Part shown: in pieces, positions 36,902 to 46,479 of the stretch
How the letters are laid out: every line of letters starts with the position of its first letter
How positions within the stretch are numbered: position 1 is the first letter of the stretch
IMG/VR virus record: IMGVR_UViG_3300033508_000392
Coordinates: 1 to 62,421 of that record
Length of the DNA: 62,421 nucleotides
DNA from: a virus
Taxonomy: Duplodnaviria; Caudoviricetes
Reading direction: 5' to 3' (one strand)
Notes under the pieces: model-generated
Databases searched by the model: none
What the model was told of the DNA's origin: nothing
Seen by the model: the letters and a program-made list of their open reading frames with translations, nothing else
Made by a program: the position numbers and the translations under genes

Positions 36902-37025
36902 GGGGGTGATTTAGAATCGATTGAAATTAAGATTTAGTTCGACGTAAGGCCTACAACATCGAAAGAACTAGTTCATTAAAATGATGCTTGGTTTCAAGAC
37001 TGGGGGGCGGATCCCCACACCTCCA
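36902..37025 (+). ncRNA. ssrA: Miniature tmRNA-like RNA (tRNA-like domain plus P2; only about 55 nt of interior)
   Basis: Acceptor GGGGGTG/CACCTCC with G3-U wobble and discriminator A; unpaired D-loop analogue ending TCGA; 11-bp P2 TTGAAATTAAG/CTTGGTTTCAA; GAC; T-arm TGGGG-GGCGGAT-CCCCA. Confidence 0.85.
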
Positions 37026-37109
37026 TTTTTAAGTGAGTAAATATATATTACATAATGCCTGTGTCACATGCAAATTTGCTCTTTTTAATATAGTTTTATT
37101 GGATAAAAA

Positions 37110-37424
37110 ATGGATAATAGACAAAATATGGCATTTACTAGAGTTGATCATGAATATGTTATAAAGGAACATGTTGAAGAACTAAAACAGTGTCTTGAGG
37201 AAGAGATTACTGGAGGTAAACTTGATCACATCAACGCAGCGCGCGTATGCATTGAACAATTAATCCCTCCTCTCAAAGAAAAAAAATATGTTGTTGATAG
37301 TTATGTAGAAGAATTAAAAGAATGTATTGACGAAGAAATTATCCGGGGTGTAGAAGATCAGGTTAAGGCTACACAAATATGTATTGAAAATATAAGTAAT
37401 TTGATGAAAAAACTACATCATTGA
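37110..37424 (+). CDS. Hypothetical protein made of a tandem ~44-aa duplication
   Basis: YV...VEELK.C..EEI..G..D...A...CIE twice. Confidence 0.7.
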   Translation: MDNRQNMAFTRVDHEYVIKEHVEELKQCLEEEITGGKLDHINAARVCIEQLIPPLKEKKYVVDSYVEELKECIDEEIIRGVEDQVKATQICIENISNLMKKLHH

Positions 37425-37472
37425 TGTATAAATTTGAGCTCCAGCTTGCATTAATGCTAAAGAGGGGAAAAT

Positions 37473-37814
37473 ATGACTATAGGTCTTTTGTATGAAGATT
37501 ACTGTAAAGAACGTGATCTTGAGTTTATTAAAAGATTTGAGGGTAAATGGATGTATGGAAATGATACATTTTATTACCATATAATAAAAGATTTCCTAGT
37601 CTTTAAGTCTGATAGTTGTTCCATTATTGATAGGGTTCAACTGACAATAAAAGATATATTATCATTTGAAGAAATAACCGATGAATTGTTTTTATCTCAA
37701 TTAAATACTGTCTTGGTAAAAGCATATCTTAATGGGGTATATTTAGAGAGAAAATATCCCGTTGGTTGGTATAAATTTGCAACCAAGAGAGTAAATATTA
37801 TGGAGGAAAAATGA
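37473..37814 (+). CDS. Hypothetical protein
   Basis: GAGGGG SD. Confidence 0.6.
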   Translation: MTIGLLYEDYCKERDLEFIKRFEGKWMYGNDTFYYHIIKDFLVFKSDSCSIIDRVQLTIKDILSFEEITDELFLSQLNTVLVKAYLNGVYLERKYPVGWYKFATKRVNIMEEK

Positions 37815-37937
37815 AACAGCATGATAAGCTTGTACCGTTAAATGAAAATTTGTATTTTTTAAAAAAATTTATTGAAAATAAAAAACTATACGAAGTTGAT
37901 ACACCTCCACCGATTTTGTTTATAAATAAGGAAAAAA

Positions 37938-38354
37938 ATGAAACCGCCTAAAATGTCCATAATAGTGAGAAAGGATCTTAATATGAGACGCGGAAAATCC
38001 TGTGCGCAGGCGAGTCACGCGGCAATGAAAGTTTTCTTTGATAGGATGAAAAAAGTAGAAGCTGATCCATTTGCATTTGAGGGTAATGGGAAAGACTTGT
38101 ATGAAACTTCATTCACTCCTGAAATGGAAGAATGGAAGAATGGTCTTTTTACCAAAATTGTTTTGGGCTGTGATAATGAAGAAGAAATTCACTTTCTTAA
38201 AGCTAAGGCTGATGAATTAGGAATTCCAGCTGCTATCATTATTGATTCTGGTCTCACTGAGTTTGGTGGAGTACCAACTATCACCTGCATTGCCCTTGGT
38301 CCGTATAAGGCAGAAGTACTTGAAGAATTGACTTCGAAATATTCATTATTATAA
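37938..38354 (+). CDS. pth2: Peptidyl-tRNA hydrolase, PTH2 family
   Basis: IIVRKDLNMRRGKSCAQASHA, KIVL, IIDSGLTEF, TCIALGP. Confidence 0.92.
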   Translation: MKPPKMSIIVRKDLNMRRGKSCAQASHAAMKVFFDRMKKVEADPFAFEGNGKDLYETSFTPEMEEWKNGLFTKIVLGCDNEEEIHFLKAKADELGIPAAIIIDSGLTEFGGVPTITCIALGPYKAEVLEELTSKYSLL

Positions 38355-38388
38355 TATAAATACCTTTGTTTAGACAAGATAATATTGT

Positions 38389-39006
38389 ATGAGTAAAAAA
38401 GATTTAATAGAAGAAAAAGCTTTATTGCTGCAAGAAATACATCACCGGGTAAAAAACAATTTTCAAATTATTATTTCATTAGTTGAATTACAAATTGTTC
38501 GTCATCCGGAAAGCAGAAGTGTTTTTATCGACCTAATTAGTCGTATTCGTTCAATGTCTCTTATATATGAAAATCTTCTACTTGCCGATAATCTTAATTA
38601 TATTAAATTTTCAGATTACGTAAAAATTTTAATAGATAGTATAACAACAAGTTTAAAGTCTAATATTAATTTTATTATAAAATTCAGTGACGATTTAATT
38701 CTAAATCTAGAACAAGCAACATCAATCGGAATAGCAATAAATGAAATATTAATTAATATTGTTCATCATGCATTTAAAGAACAAAAATCTAAGAAAGCAG
38801 AAATAACTTTATACGAAAAAGATGGCAGGGTTTATATAGCAATAGAAGATAATGGTATTGGTATTGATTCAAAATTTTTAAAACATGATTCTTCTACTCT
38901 TGGCTTAAATCTTGTAAAAATGCTTATAAAAAATCAACTTGAAGGTAATATTAATATTATCAACGATAGTGGTACAAAAATATTTTTAGATTTTAAAAAG
39001 GATTAA
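38389..39006 (+). CDS. Histidine kinase core (HisKA_2 plus HATPase), no sensor domain
   Basis: LLQEIHHRVKNNFQII, INEILINIVHHAF, IEDNGIGI, TLGLNLV. Confidence 0.88.
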   Translation: MSKKDLIEEKALLLQEIHHRVKNNFQIIISLVELQIVRHPESRSVFIDLISRIRSMSLIYENLLLADNLNYIKFSDYVKILIDSITTSLKSNINFIIKFSDDLILNLEQATSIGIAINEILINIVHHAFKEQKSKKAEITLYEKDGRVYIAIEDNGIGIDSKFLKHDSSTLGLNLVKMLIKNQLEGNINIINDSGTKIFLDFKKD

Positions 39007-39008
39007 TT

Positions 39009-39724
39009 GTGTTGAATTATAAAGAGATAGTTAAACTACCATTTATAGATGACCCATTTTTTTATCTCGACAATATTTTAATTAATGATATCAAGGTATT
39101 ATTTCCTACTGTACAGGATGGTATTGATACCTTATATGATAAATATGAAGGTGTTGAGGTATTTGATATATGCACTTTATTATATGACAATGGATTTATA
39201 ATATCTCTTGGATTTGACGTTGAAAATTTTGACTATGATGAAAATGAAGAAGAGGGTCAATTCCACTCTGGTACAATTGATATATTGTTCAATAATGACT
39301 TTGCTATCGATCGTTGCAATTCATCTATGGATTAAGAAATGGTAACAAACAGTATAATATTTTCGGAGTAAAGCATATTTAAAAGAAGAGGTGAATGATG
39401 CTTTCTGCTGGTGTTGTTATCAAGTATAAAGAATACAGAGATAAGGAACTTGAACCTGGATGGAGCTACATCCTTCTTAAGGGAAGGAGAAAGATTTCAG
39501 AGGGTAAGTACATCTACAAAGTAGAAGAATTAGAACTTATTTATAGAAAAACAAATGAATATAAATTTATAAAAAGAGAAATAACAAGTTCGGTTCTCAA
39601 CAAACTTGTAGCTAATCTGAGTGACACCTGGCGTCACAAATGGACAATAAAAAAAATTGAATATACAACTGCTGAAGAGTGCAACTGGGATTCAATGGTT
39701 GCCAAGCTTTTATTACTCTCATAG
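39009..39724 (+). other. Two hypothetical ORFs (39009-39335, 39395-39724)
   Basis: Tiled ORFs. Confidence 0.55.
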
Positions 39725-39753
39725 TTTGGGAACGAAGGAGTATATAGTATAAT
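39725..39753 (+). promoter_or_regulatory. Promoter TTTGGG-N17-TATAAT (probably leaderless topoisomerase mRNA)
   Basis: ATG 39760 begins at the 7th base after the -10. Confidence 0.72.
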
Positions 39754-39759
39754 ATGGAC

Positions 39760-41484
39760 ATGAACAATGACAAATGGAATAGTTTGACCCACAATGGTCC
39801 AGTCTTCCCTCCTGCTTATGAAGCCAAGGGTTATCACGTCTTTGTAGCCGGAGTTCCTACTGTCCTCTCCCCTGAGGCTGAGGAAATGGCTTATGCTTGG
39901 GCTCAGAAGCATGCCACAGATTATATCAAGGACAAGCTCTTTCAGAAGAACTTCTACAGGGACTTTAGTGCCCTCCTCCCTAAGAACTTGAAAATTGCCA
40001 AGTTCCCTGAACAGTGGGACTTCCGCAACGTCATCCGTGACATTGAGGCTAAGAAGGAACTTCGCTCTCTTGAAACCAAGGAAGAGAAGAATAAGAAGAA
40101 GGCGGAAGCTGCCGCGGTTAAGGCCATCTATGGTTGGGCCAACCTCAATGGTGAAGCCGTTCCTCTTGGCAACTACATGATTGAACCTGCTGGTCTTTTT
40201 ATGGGCCGCGGCGATCACCCGGCCAGAGGCTCATGGAAAATTTCGGTTCGTCCTGAAGACATCACCATCAATCACTCTGTTTCCACCCCCGCTCCCAAGG
40301 CTCCTGAAGGTCATAATTGGAAGGCTGTTGTTGAAAATAAGAATGCCCTCTACATTGCCACCTGGGTTCAGGAACTGACTGGTGAGTACAAGAAAGTACT
40401 TTTTAGTGCTGATAGTATTGTCAAGCAATCTTCCGACCAGAAGAAGTTTGATAAGGCCATCAAGCTCGCCAAGAAGCTCGACTATGTGAATTGCGAGATT
40501 GACAAACTCCTGGATAGTAAGCTTGTTCAGACCCGCAAGCTTGCCACCGTTAGTAAGCTCATCTCTCAATTGGCCATTCGTGTTGGTGATGAAAAGGGTG
40601 AGGATGAAGCTGCAACATTTGGAGCAAGTTCTCTCCTAATTTCGCATATTAAAATTGATGCTCAGAAGAAGACTGTTGAGCTTGACTTCTTGGGTAAGGA
40701 CAGCGTTCGCTACAATAATGTTGTCTCCTTCTCTGACTCGATGATTCGCAACCTCCTCTGGTTGTCTGAGGGTAAGAAGCCCTCAGACCAGCTCTTCCCT
40801 GGTGTCAACTCCTCTGATGTCAATGAATTCTTTGGCAACATCCTGGAAGGTGTGACTGCCAAGGTCTTCCGCACCGCTTATGGCTCCAAGCTCCTTGCTG
40901 AGGAGTTGGCCAAACAGGATGTGAGCAAGCTAACTGCTGGTCAGAAGCTGAAGTACTTCACTGATGCCAACCTCACTGTTGCCAAAAAGCTCAACCATCA
41001 GACGGCCATCTCTCCTGCTTACAAGGAAGGTGTGGCTAAGATGAAGGAACAGCTCAAGGAACTGAAGCTCGAGTTGAAGACTCACAAGGATGAGACCAAA
41101 GCTCAGGTTGAAGAAGCCAAAACTCTGCGTGATGCTGTCTTGGCTAAGGCTGCTTCCTATACTGGCGATAGGAAGAAGGATGCTGTTCGCCGTGCTAAGG
41201 CTTCCTACGACAAGAAGGTTGCCTCTATTGAAGCGAAGACTACACGTATCCAGACTCGTATTGATAACTTTGAGGCCAAGCTTGACATCAAGCAGAAGAC
41301 GGCTGGTGTTGCCTTGGGTACGAGTAAGACCAACTATAGTTCGCCAAGAATTGCTTTTTCTTTCTGCAAGGCTAACAATATTGATTCTAAAAAAATTTTT
41401 ACTCCAACGCTCCAGCGTAAATTTGCTTGGGCAGCAGATACTAATTCTGAATATTATAAAAATTACCCTAATGTAGATTACTAA
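39760..41484 (+). CDS. DNA topoisomerase IB, long archaeal/eukaryote type
   Basis: KWNSLTHNGPVFPPAYE, NYMIEPAGLFMGRGDHP, AIRVGDEK, DFLGKDSVRY, TAKVFRT, LNHQ, coiled-coil linker, GTSKTNY. Confidence 0.93.
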   Translation: MNNDKWNSLTHNGPVFPPAYEAKGYHVFVAGVPTVLSPEAEEMAYAWAQKHATDYIKDKLFQKNFYRDFSALLPKNLKIAKFPEQWDFRNVIRDIEAKKELRSLETKEEKNKKKAEAAAVKAIYGWANLNGEAVPLGNYMIEPAGLFMGRGDHPARGSWKISVRPEDITINHSVSTPAPKAPEGHNWKAVVENKNALYIATWVQELTGEYKKVLFSADSIVKQSSDQKKFDKAIKLAKKLDYVNCEIDKLLDSKLVQTRKLATVSKLISQLAIRVGDEKGEDEAATFGASSLLISHIKIDAQKKTVELDFLGKDSVRYNNVVSFSDSMIRNLLWLSEGKKPSDQLFPGVNSSDVNEFFGNILEGVTAKVFRTAYGSKLLAEELAKQDVSKLTAGQKLKYFTDANLTVAKKLNHQTAISPAYKEGVAKMKEQLKELKLELKTHKDETKAQVEEAKTLRDAVLAKAASYTGDRKKDAVRRAKASYDKKVASIEAKTTRIQTRIDNFEAKLDIKQKTAGVALGTSKTNYSSPRIAFSFCKANNIDSKKIFTPTLQRKFAWAADTNSEYYKNYPNVDY

Positions 41485-42688
41485 TTGTTGAGTAGTCTTC
41501 TACATCTAGTAAAAATAAAAATTCTTTACCAACTGATTTAGAATATTCTTCTGCTGCTTTATTTTTAGCTTCTATTTTTCCAGAGGCTAAATCTTTTTTA
41601 TACCAACCATGTGATTGTTTTATTTCTACAATGAAATAATCTAATTCAAAATCAACATGGTAAATATGTGATTTTTCATCTAATTTATATTCTAAGGAGG
41701 GACCATCTTTAATATTTAGATTTTTGTTTAAACAGTAGTTTATAAAATTCAATTCAGCATTATTTTGATAATGTAAATCATCTCTTAATTTCTTAAGAGT
41801 TTGAGTTTTTCCGAAACCAGACAACTGTTTTTTGTGAATTGATGGAACTTGCGCTGGATATTTGACACCATATTTTTTTATGAAAACACTTTCTTTCAAT
41901 CGTTTAACTGATTCAAGTTGAGACATGTGTTCTACACCATATCTCTCCATCATAGTATTTTTAATCTTTTTCTTAAAATCATCGGTGTTTTGATAAAACT
42001 CAACACCATACCTTTCTAGATTTGTTTTTTTCATTTTATTGTGTATGTCTTCATAGTCTAGTTTGTTTTCCATGTTTTTCTTAAATTCATCTGTTTGTGA
42101 TATGTGTTCTACTCCATACTTTTTTATCATAGATTTCTTATATTTTTCAGATCCAGACAAACATGGCATTGTTGCACCGTACTTTTCTAGATTTGTTTTT
42201 TTAATTTTATCTCTAACCTCTGATAATGAATTTATATTTTCAGTACCATATCTTTCTAGGTTTGTTTGTTTAATTTTATCCTTAACCTTGTCTGATTTAA
42301 ATGGATTATCAACACCATACTTTTCCAAATTAGTTTGCTTAATTTTATTTTTAATTTTTTCAGATGATGTACCAATTCCACCGTATCTTTGAATCGATGT
42401 GGTATTTATTTTATTTCTAGTTTCTGGATTTTTCTGACCACATGATCGGCAGCACGTCTTATTATAACCTTTTGACCATTGATTAAATTTACATTTATTT
42501 TCACATTCTGGATTTGCGCATTTTGGTATTTTAATTTTAAAATAAAAAAGATATAGTTTTTCAAATGTATAAAAACCTTCTTGCTGAAATTCGTGCATAT
42601 ATTTTTTAATATCATCTGGAATATAGGTACATATTTTTTGTTTGAGAATTTTATCGTTTATAAATTGTAGTATGTCTTGGTCGTCCAT
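41468..42688 (-). CDS. Homing-endonuclease-like protein (K.TNLEKYGV repeats plus PD-(D/E)xK C-terminus)
   Basis: Multiple KQTNLEKYGV-type repeats; YHVDF...VEIK; GGAGG SD and AAGATAA; converges on and overlaps the topoisomerase stop. Confidence 0.75.
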   Translation of the reverse strand: MDDQDILQFINDKILKQKICTYIPDDIKKYMHEFQQEGFYTFEKLYLFYFKIKIPKCANPECENKCKFNQWSKGYNKTCCRSCGQKNPETRNKINTTSIQRYGGIGTSSEKIKNKIKQTNLEKYGVDNPFKSDKVKDKIKQTNLERYGTENINSLSEVRDKIKKTNLEKYGATMPCLSGSEKYKKSMIKKYGVEHISQTDEFKKNMENKLDYEDIHNKMKKTNLERYGVEFYQNTDDFKKKIKNTMMERYGVEHMSQLESVKRLKESVFIKKYGVKYPAQVPSIHKKQLSGFGKTQTLKKLRDDLHYQNNAELNFINYCLNKNLNIKDGPSLEYKLDEKSHIYHVDFELDYFIVEIKQSHGWYKKDLASGKIEAKNKAAEEYSKSVGKEFLFLLDVEDYSTISNLH

Positions 42689-42761
42689 ATAGCTAAACCT
42701 CCAGATTACTTGATTATCTTAAGTATTTTCAGAAAATATTGCATATTTAAAGGAGATAAAT

Positions 42762-44608
42762 ATGAAACCTTCGTCCATACCAACTAAGTTAAATATAACG
42801 CACCAATGGTTGGTATGGACTCCCAAGAGAGGAAATTATGCTGGACTTGAAAAGTATGTCTGCTTAGTCCAGGTACCAACACACTATAGAGAAGAAGTAC
42901 TACAGTGTGTAGTTGCAGGATTTAAAAAGAGGGGCGGTGAGCCACACCTTCACCTGGGTCAGATTACTGGATATCAATACGATAACAACACCACAAAACT
43001 TATGGATGAAGATAAAATTGCTTTATTTGAAAGCATGTTTAAAACATATAAAAAAGATTGGGAAGTAAGAAGAACTGTGCAGAAGGCAAAGTTACTTCTT
43101 CTCTCTATAAAAAATAATAAAAAGTGAGGAAAATTAATGTTCAATAAGATTAGAGCCTTCTTTCTTAAAAAGAAGGTTGATAGGATGAAGCTTGAAGCTG
43201 AAAAAATTTATATGCTATCACATATATTACTTGTTTTATACAATAATACAAAGATAATGCGGACCTTAGATGATAAACAGAGAATTGATGTTTTTAACGC
43301 CTATGTTAAAACTCTCTATGGTACAATGACTGACGTTGATAGAGTTTTGTTTACACAAGCTGCCGCAGAAACAAATAAAGCAATTGATCAGATTAGTAAG
43401 AATATACCAATCAATGAAATTCAAATTAAAAGACAATTAGATGAGATTTTCAGATCAGCAAGATGATTGGCATATATATAATTAAAAAGAAAGATCCTAG
43501 TAGAACCGTCTATATAAATGTAATAGAAAAATTTGAAAAGGATGGAAGACAAGGTTGGAAGATATTACGTACTTCGCCAAAATTTTCTCTTCACTCCCTA
43601 ATATTTAAAGAATGGATGGAAGAAAAAGATGCTGAATATTTCTTTACAAAAAGAAAACCACTTGAAGAATCAGAAATAACAAAGATGTTACTCACAGGTC
43701 AAATAAGTGCAAAATTCGTTTAAATTATACAAAAATCCAAGAGGAAGATTCATCTCCCTTGAACTCATAAAAGACACAGATCACTATGGTGCTTATTTTA
43801 TTGGTCATCAGGGACAGCATAGTTTTATTAGCTTCGTAGATGAGAAGAATATACCTGAATATATTGAAAAACTCTGTCTTATTGAGGCGGATGATGTGGA
43901 ACAGGCTAAAGCAGCTCTTTACAGAATAAACAACGATCTTAATTTGGATATGAGGGAAAATGAAAATCTTTTTAACTGGTAAAAGAGGCAGTAAATCTGC
44001 CTTCAAAATATCAACTGCACATGTTCATACAAATATTGATCCAGTTGTTGAAGACTACTTGAATAATTACTTGAAACTTAAGGCAGATGATCCTAATTAT
44101 TACAAAAGTTTTAAAAATTTTATTGATTATGCAACTCAATCCTACTCCATGGATAGGATTTATGTTGGGGATACTGAAATTGATGCACCAGTTAGGAAGT
44201 TGAGTACAAAGGTATGGGTTGAAATAATCAATACATATGCAGAAACTTACCCAGACAAATACGCAAAGTTTTGTCTCTCAGAATAGCATATTTAGAATAA
44301 AGGAGTTTAACATGGATAGAGGTGATGTGTTGGCGTTTGAGAGTGATGATGAAAAGTACAAGGATTGGAAGTACTTCCGTGTTATTAATGCCCGTACTGT
44401 AGAAAATTATGTGGCTGAAGGTGATGATAACAAGAAAGTTGGTGCTAAGATGTACCTTGAAGGCAATGTCTATACCAAGAAGAAGACTGTCTTGAAGGCA
44501 CAAAAACTGTTCATTGGTGATTTTTTTAAAATGACAACGGAGGGTAAATCTAATCTTGCAGGTGAAGCTGATATAGCACTAATATTTTTAACCAATAGAG
44601 ATTTCTAA
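42762..44608 (+). other. Six small hypothetical ORFs (42762-43127, 43137-43466, 43463-43723, 43707-43982, 43960-44286, about 44312-44608)
   Basis: Tiled ORFs; several end with AKxxL-like motifs. Confidence 0.6.
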
Positions 44609-45499
44609 GGTATGATTGATTTTATTATTAAGGCGAAAGCTAAACATCAAGATAAATATGATTATTCTCTAGTTGATTACAAAAATAATAAAATCAAGAT
44701 AAAAATTATATGTCAAAAGCATGGAATCTTTGAACAAGTTCCAAAATCTCATACTTCTGGAAATGGTTGCCCTAAATGTGCAAATAATGCTAAGTTGGGA
44801 TCAGATAAGTTCATTATTGAAGCAAACATTATTCATAGCAACAAATATGATTATTCTCTAGTTAAAGATTATAAGAATTCTTATTCTTATGTAAGCATAA
44901 TATGTCCGAAGCACGGTATATTTGATCAAATGGTTGGCTCTCATTTACATTCTAAGAACGGATGTCCAGATTGTGCAGATAATATAAGACTAACAACAGA
45001 TAAGTTTATAACAAGAGCAAAAGAAATTCACGGTAACAAATATGATTATTCTCTAGTTGATTATAAAACTAACAAAACTAAAGTTAAAATTATATGCCCA
45101 AATCATGGAATATACCTACAAATACCAAATTCTCATCTATCTAGTAAAACTGGTTGTCCAATATGCAAGGAAAGTAAAGGCGAAAAAGAAATAACTTTTT
45201 TCTTAGCAAGCCGCAATATAAGATTTGATAAACAAAAAACTTTTGAAAATTGTAAAAATATAAACAAACTGCCATTTGATTTTTATTTACAAGATTTAAA
45301 TATTTGTATTGAATATGACGGAGAACAACACTTTGTTGCCAAGGATGTTTGGGGTGGAGAAGAAACATTGAAATATATACAAAAAAATGATATTATAAAA
45401 AATAAATATTGTAAAGATTATAATATAAAGTTGATAAGAATATCATATAAGGAGAATGTCAGTGCAGCGCTCATTTTCCTCACCAATAGAGATTTCTGA
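44576..45499 (+). repeat. Duplicated gene 3' end (ALIFLTNRDF-stop) at both sides of the endonuclease
   Basis: 44576-44608 and 45467-45499 encode the same 10 residues; ACCAATAGAGATTTCT is identical, the earlier codons are synonymous variants. Confidence 0.85.
44612..45499 (+). CDS. Homing-endonuclease-like protein, paralog of 1653..2546
   Basis: Three YDYSLV..C.KHG..H..GCP.C repeats; LPFDFY...IEYDGEQH. Confidence 0.8.
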   Translation: MIDFIIKAKAKHQDKYDYSLVDYKNNKIKIKIICQKHGIFEQVPKSHTSGNGCPKCANNAKLGSDKFIIEANIIHSNKYDYSLVKDYKNSYSYVSIICPKHGIFDQMVGSHLHSKNGCPDCADNIRLTTDKFITRAKEIHGNKYDYSLVDYKTNKTKVKIICPNHGIYLQIPNSHLSSKTGCPICKESKGEKEITFFLASRNIRFDKQKTFENCKNINKLPFDFYLQDLNICIEYDGEQHFVAKDVWGGEETLKYIQKNDIIKNKYCKDYNIKLIRISYKENVSAALIFLTNRDF

Positions 45500-46444
45500 C
45501 GAAGATATAATCAACGAAGCTAAGGCTGTATTGGTAGGCGAAAATCTCGAAGAAGAAATTTGCCGTAATGTAAAAAAAGTATTACAGCCTTGGATTGGTC
45601 AACCTTTTAATCAATATAGAATGTATGATCCAAAAGTTGCAGTTGAATACTACCTCCAATCTTTAGTTGATAAAAAAAGAATATATCAATTTCATGTTAT
45701 GACTATGCCAGATAGATCTATAAGTGTTCAAGTAAGGAATAGTCCGATAATCGATACGATTATATCAATTATTATAAATATAATTTAAACACATATAAAC
45801 ACATAACTCCACATTTAATTGCTACTAAGGAGTTTATATGGCAGATCATGAGCAGTTTTTAAAAGAAAATCGAGAAGCACTTCTGGAAGAAATGGCTGAT
45901 AGTATTGGCAAAATGAATTCAATTATAGATTCTGTATTACATGCTCCGATATCTGCAGAACTTGATGGTTCTTTAATGAGAACATACTTTGCTGCTAATG
46001 CTGTTCAAGTTGGTAATCTCACTACTCTCTTCAATCAATATTATGTTCTTCTTAAAGGAGCAATTCCTAAGAAGAACAGACCTGTGGGATTTGCCTCCCT
46101 AATTAAGGGTGCTGGTATTAAGGTTGCTGGACCTGGTGTATCTGTTTTAACAGAAGACGAAGCGGATGAATAATAAACTTCAGGTTGGTGATATCTTAAT
46201 ACCAAAGAAGATAAAACATAAAGGATATATTTTCTGGAAAGAAGCTAAATTCCTTGTTGTTTACGGCATTGATTATGATAGCGGTCCCTGGGGCCCAAGT
46301 GACCAAAAACAAATTCATATGAAGAATGAAGAAGGAATTGAAATGACAACAAACTATTCCTTCATCTCTTCACTGGTTGAAAAAGGAAGTATTAGACTAG
46401 TGAGAGATGAATCAGAAAAGGCTAAAATACTTCTTTCCCAATAG
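45456..46444 (+). other. Three hypothetical ORFs (45456/45462-45788, 45838-46173, 46166-46444)
   Basis: Tiled ORFs with SD motifs. Confidence 0.6.
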
Positions 46445-46473
46445 TTTGGATATTTGATAATACACGGTATAAT
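46445..46473 (+). promoter_or_regulatory. Promoter TTTGGA-N17-TATAAT (probably leaderless)
   Basis: ATG 46480 begins at the 7th base after the -10. Confidence 0.75.
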
Positions 46474-46479
46474 ATCTAT

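Noticed and set aside
36902-37025. Ordinary or intron-containing tRNA
   Set aside because: No D-stem or anticodon arm; the UCGA/P2/GAC layout and G3-U pair fit a tmRNA tRNA-like domain.
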